Of a stretch of 22,756 nucleotides of DNA, positions 21,743 through 22,756 are shown in pieces. Origin of the DNA: Octopus sinensis (Eukaryota); assembly GCF_006345805.1 (NCBI RefSeq), contig NW_021836768.1:1-22756 (forward strand), in the 5' to 3' direction. Position 1 is the stretch's first letter. Every line of letters starts with the position of its first letter. Position numbers and translations under genes: made by a program. The notes under the pieces were generated by a model. The model saw only the letters and a program-made list of their open reading frames with translations, did no database searches and had not been told where the DNA came from.

Positions 21743-22729
21743 TACACTGATTTTCAAAAAGTTGAAATAGAAGGACGTGGATTATGTCCCAGCTCTCTTG
21801 CTTCTGATTAATGCTTGAAGTTTGCCCTGTTTTTATAGGAAGTTCATAGCTCAAATTAGTATGTTTTGAATAAGATTTGATTGGCAGAAGAATGTCACAT
21901 GACTTTCTTAGAAATTTTTGTAGGTTCCCCGCTACGTCCGTGTTTTAGTATCAAGTAACGATGTTTGGCGTCACAAGTTAAGGCTGACACGGTTGACTGA
22001 ACATGTCCAGACAATCAATGCTCTGAATATTTTTGTCAAGTATTTGTAGAGAATGAACACATGATTAAGTTTATAATCTTTGTACGTTTTCCGCTACGTC
22101 CGTGTGTTAGTGTCACGTGACAGTATATTTTGCGCCTAAAAGAAAATGCCGACACAGTTGAGTGAACATGTTTAGTTACAACCAAGGTACTCCAAATTTA
22201 ATCCGTCTGGTGGGAGAGTGGAGAGGAATCGTTGGTATGTAGTCCAGTGGCTAATGTTTAGGTTGTTAGCTGTGTAAGTTCCACATGATAAGTGGCATAA
22301 TAGTTTTGTGTGTGAATAGTTATTTGTGTGTGCACTCTGTTTGTACTTTTGACTGAAAATATTTTATTTTTTTATCCGTGCTTCATCTGTGGTATTCGCT
22401 GAACATAGGTAAAGTGGGAAGACCTGGAATTTGGGGGATATTTTTTGCACATATGTCTATGTGACCACTCAGTGGGATCTGTCTATTACTGGGGTCTCAT
22501 ATATGTTGTCGATGAATGATCAGTCTATTTCTTAGAGTAAGCTTTGTTTGTCTTGTGTAATCGTCATTACATCCTTAACACGTGATAACGTATATTAAAT
22601 TCCATGAAGAACATGTAAAGTTATTTTTTACGGTAAAAATCTGTCCTGATTCGAATTTGTATGTTGTCTTCAATAAGGTTAATGCAAGTCCCACAATTGG
22701 GGCCGCCACACTTTTTGACTGTTAGTGTA
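21743..22729. mobile_element. Possible decayed Tc1-like non-autonomous DNA transposon
   Basis: TACACTGATTTTCAAAAAGT (21743-21762) vs the reverse complement of 22710-22729, TACACTAACAGTCAAAAAGT: 16/20 match, TA-initiated. No transposase recognised inside. Confidence 0.35.
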
Positions 22730-22756
22730 GGAACTGTGGAAGGTAATTTAGCACTT

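Overview
AT-rich eukaryotic non-coding DNA, most likely from an octopus or another coleoid cephalopod. This is inferred from the very high microsatellite density and from tRNA-headed SINEs that resemble octopus repeats as I recall them; no database search was run. No intact protein-coding gene is supported: most listed ORFs are translations of simple repeats, and the rest match transposon remnants or nothing I recognise. The window contains at least 12 tRNA-derived SINE copies or fragments from three head families, an internally deleted mariner (7380-8259) nested in a decayed Penelope-like retroelement (RT C-terminus plus GIY-YIG, about 7061-8760), a hAT MITE, a Tc1/mariner-type MITE, and several diverged tandem repeats. 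The most interesting object is at 16417-16795. It is a small composite element with about 85-bp inverted arms enclosing a Pol III (tRNA-like) promoter and a complete minimal type-I hammerhead-ribozyme core (CUGAUGA...GAAAC-GUU) of the palindromic, dimer-requiring kind described for Penelope-like elements. It is a candidate ribozyme-carrying SINE or retrozyme.
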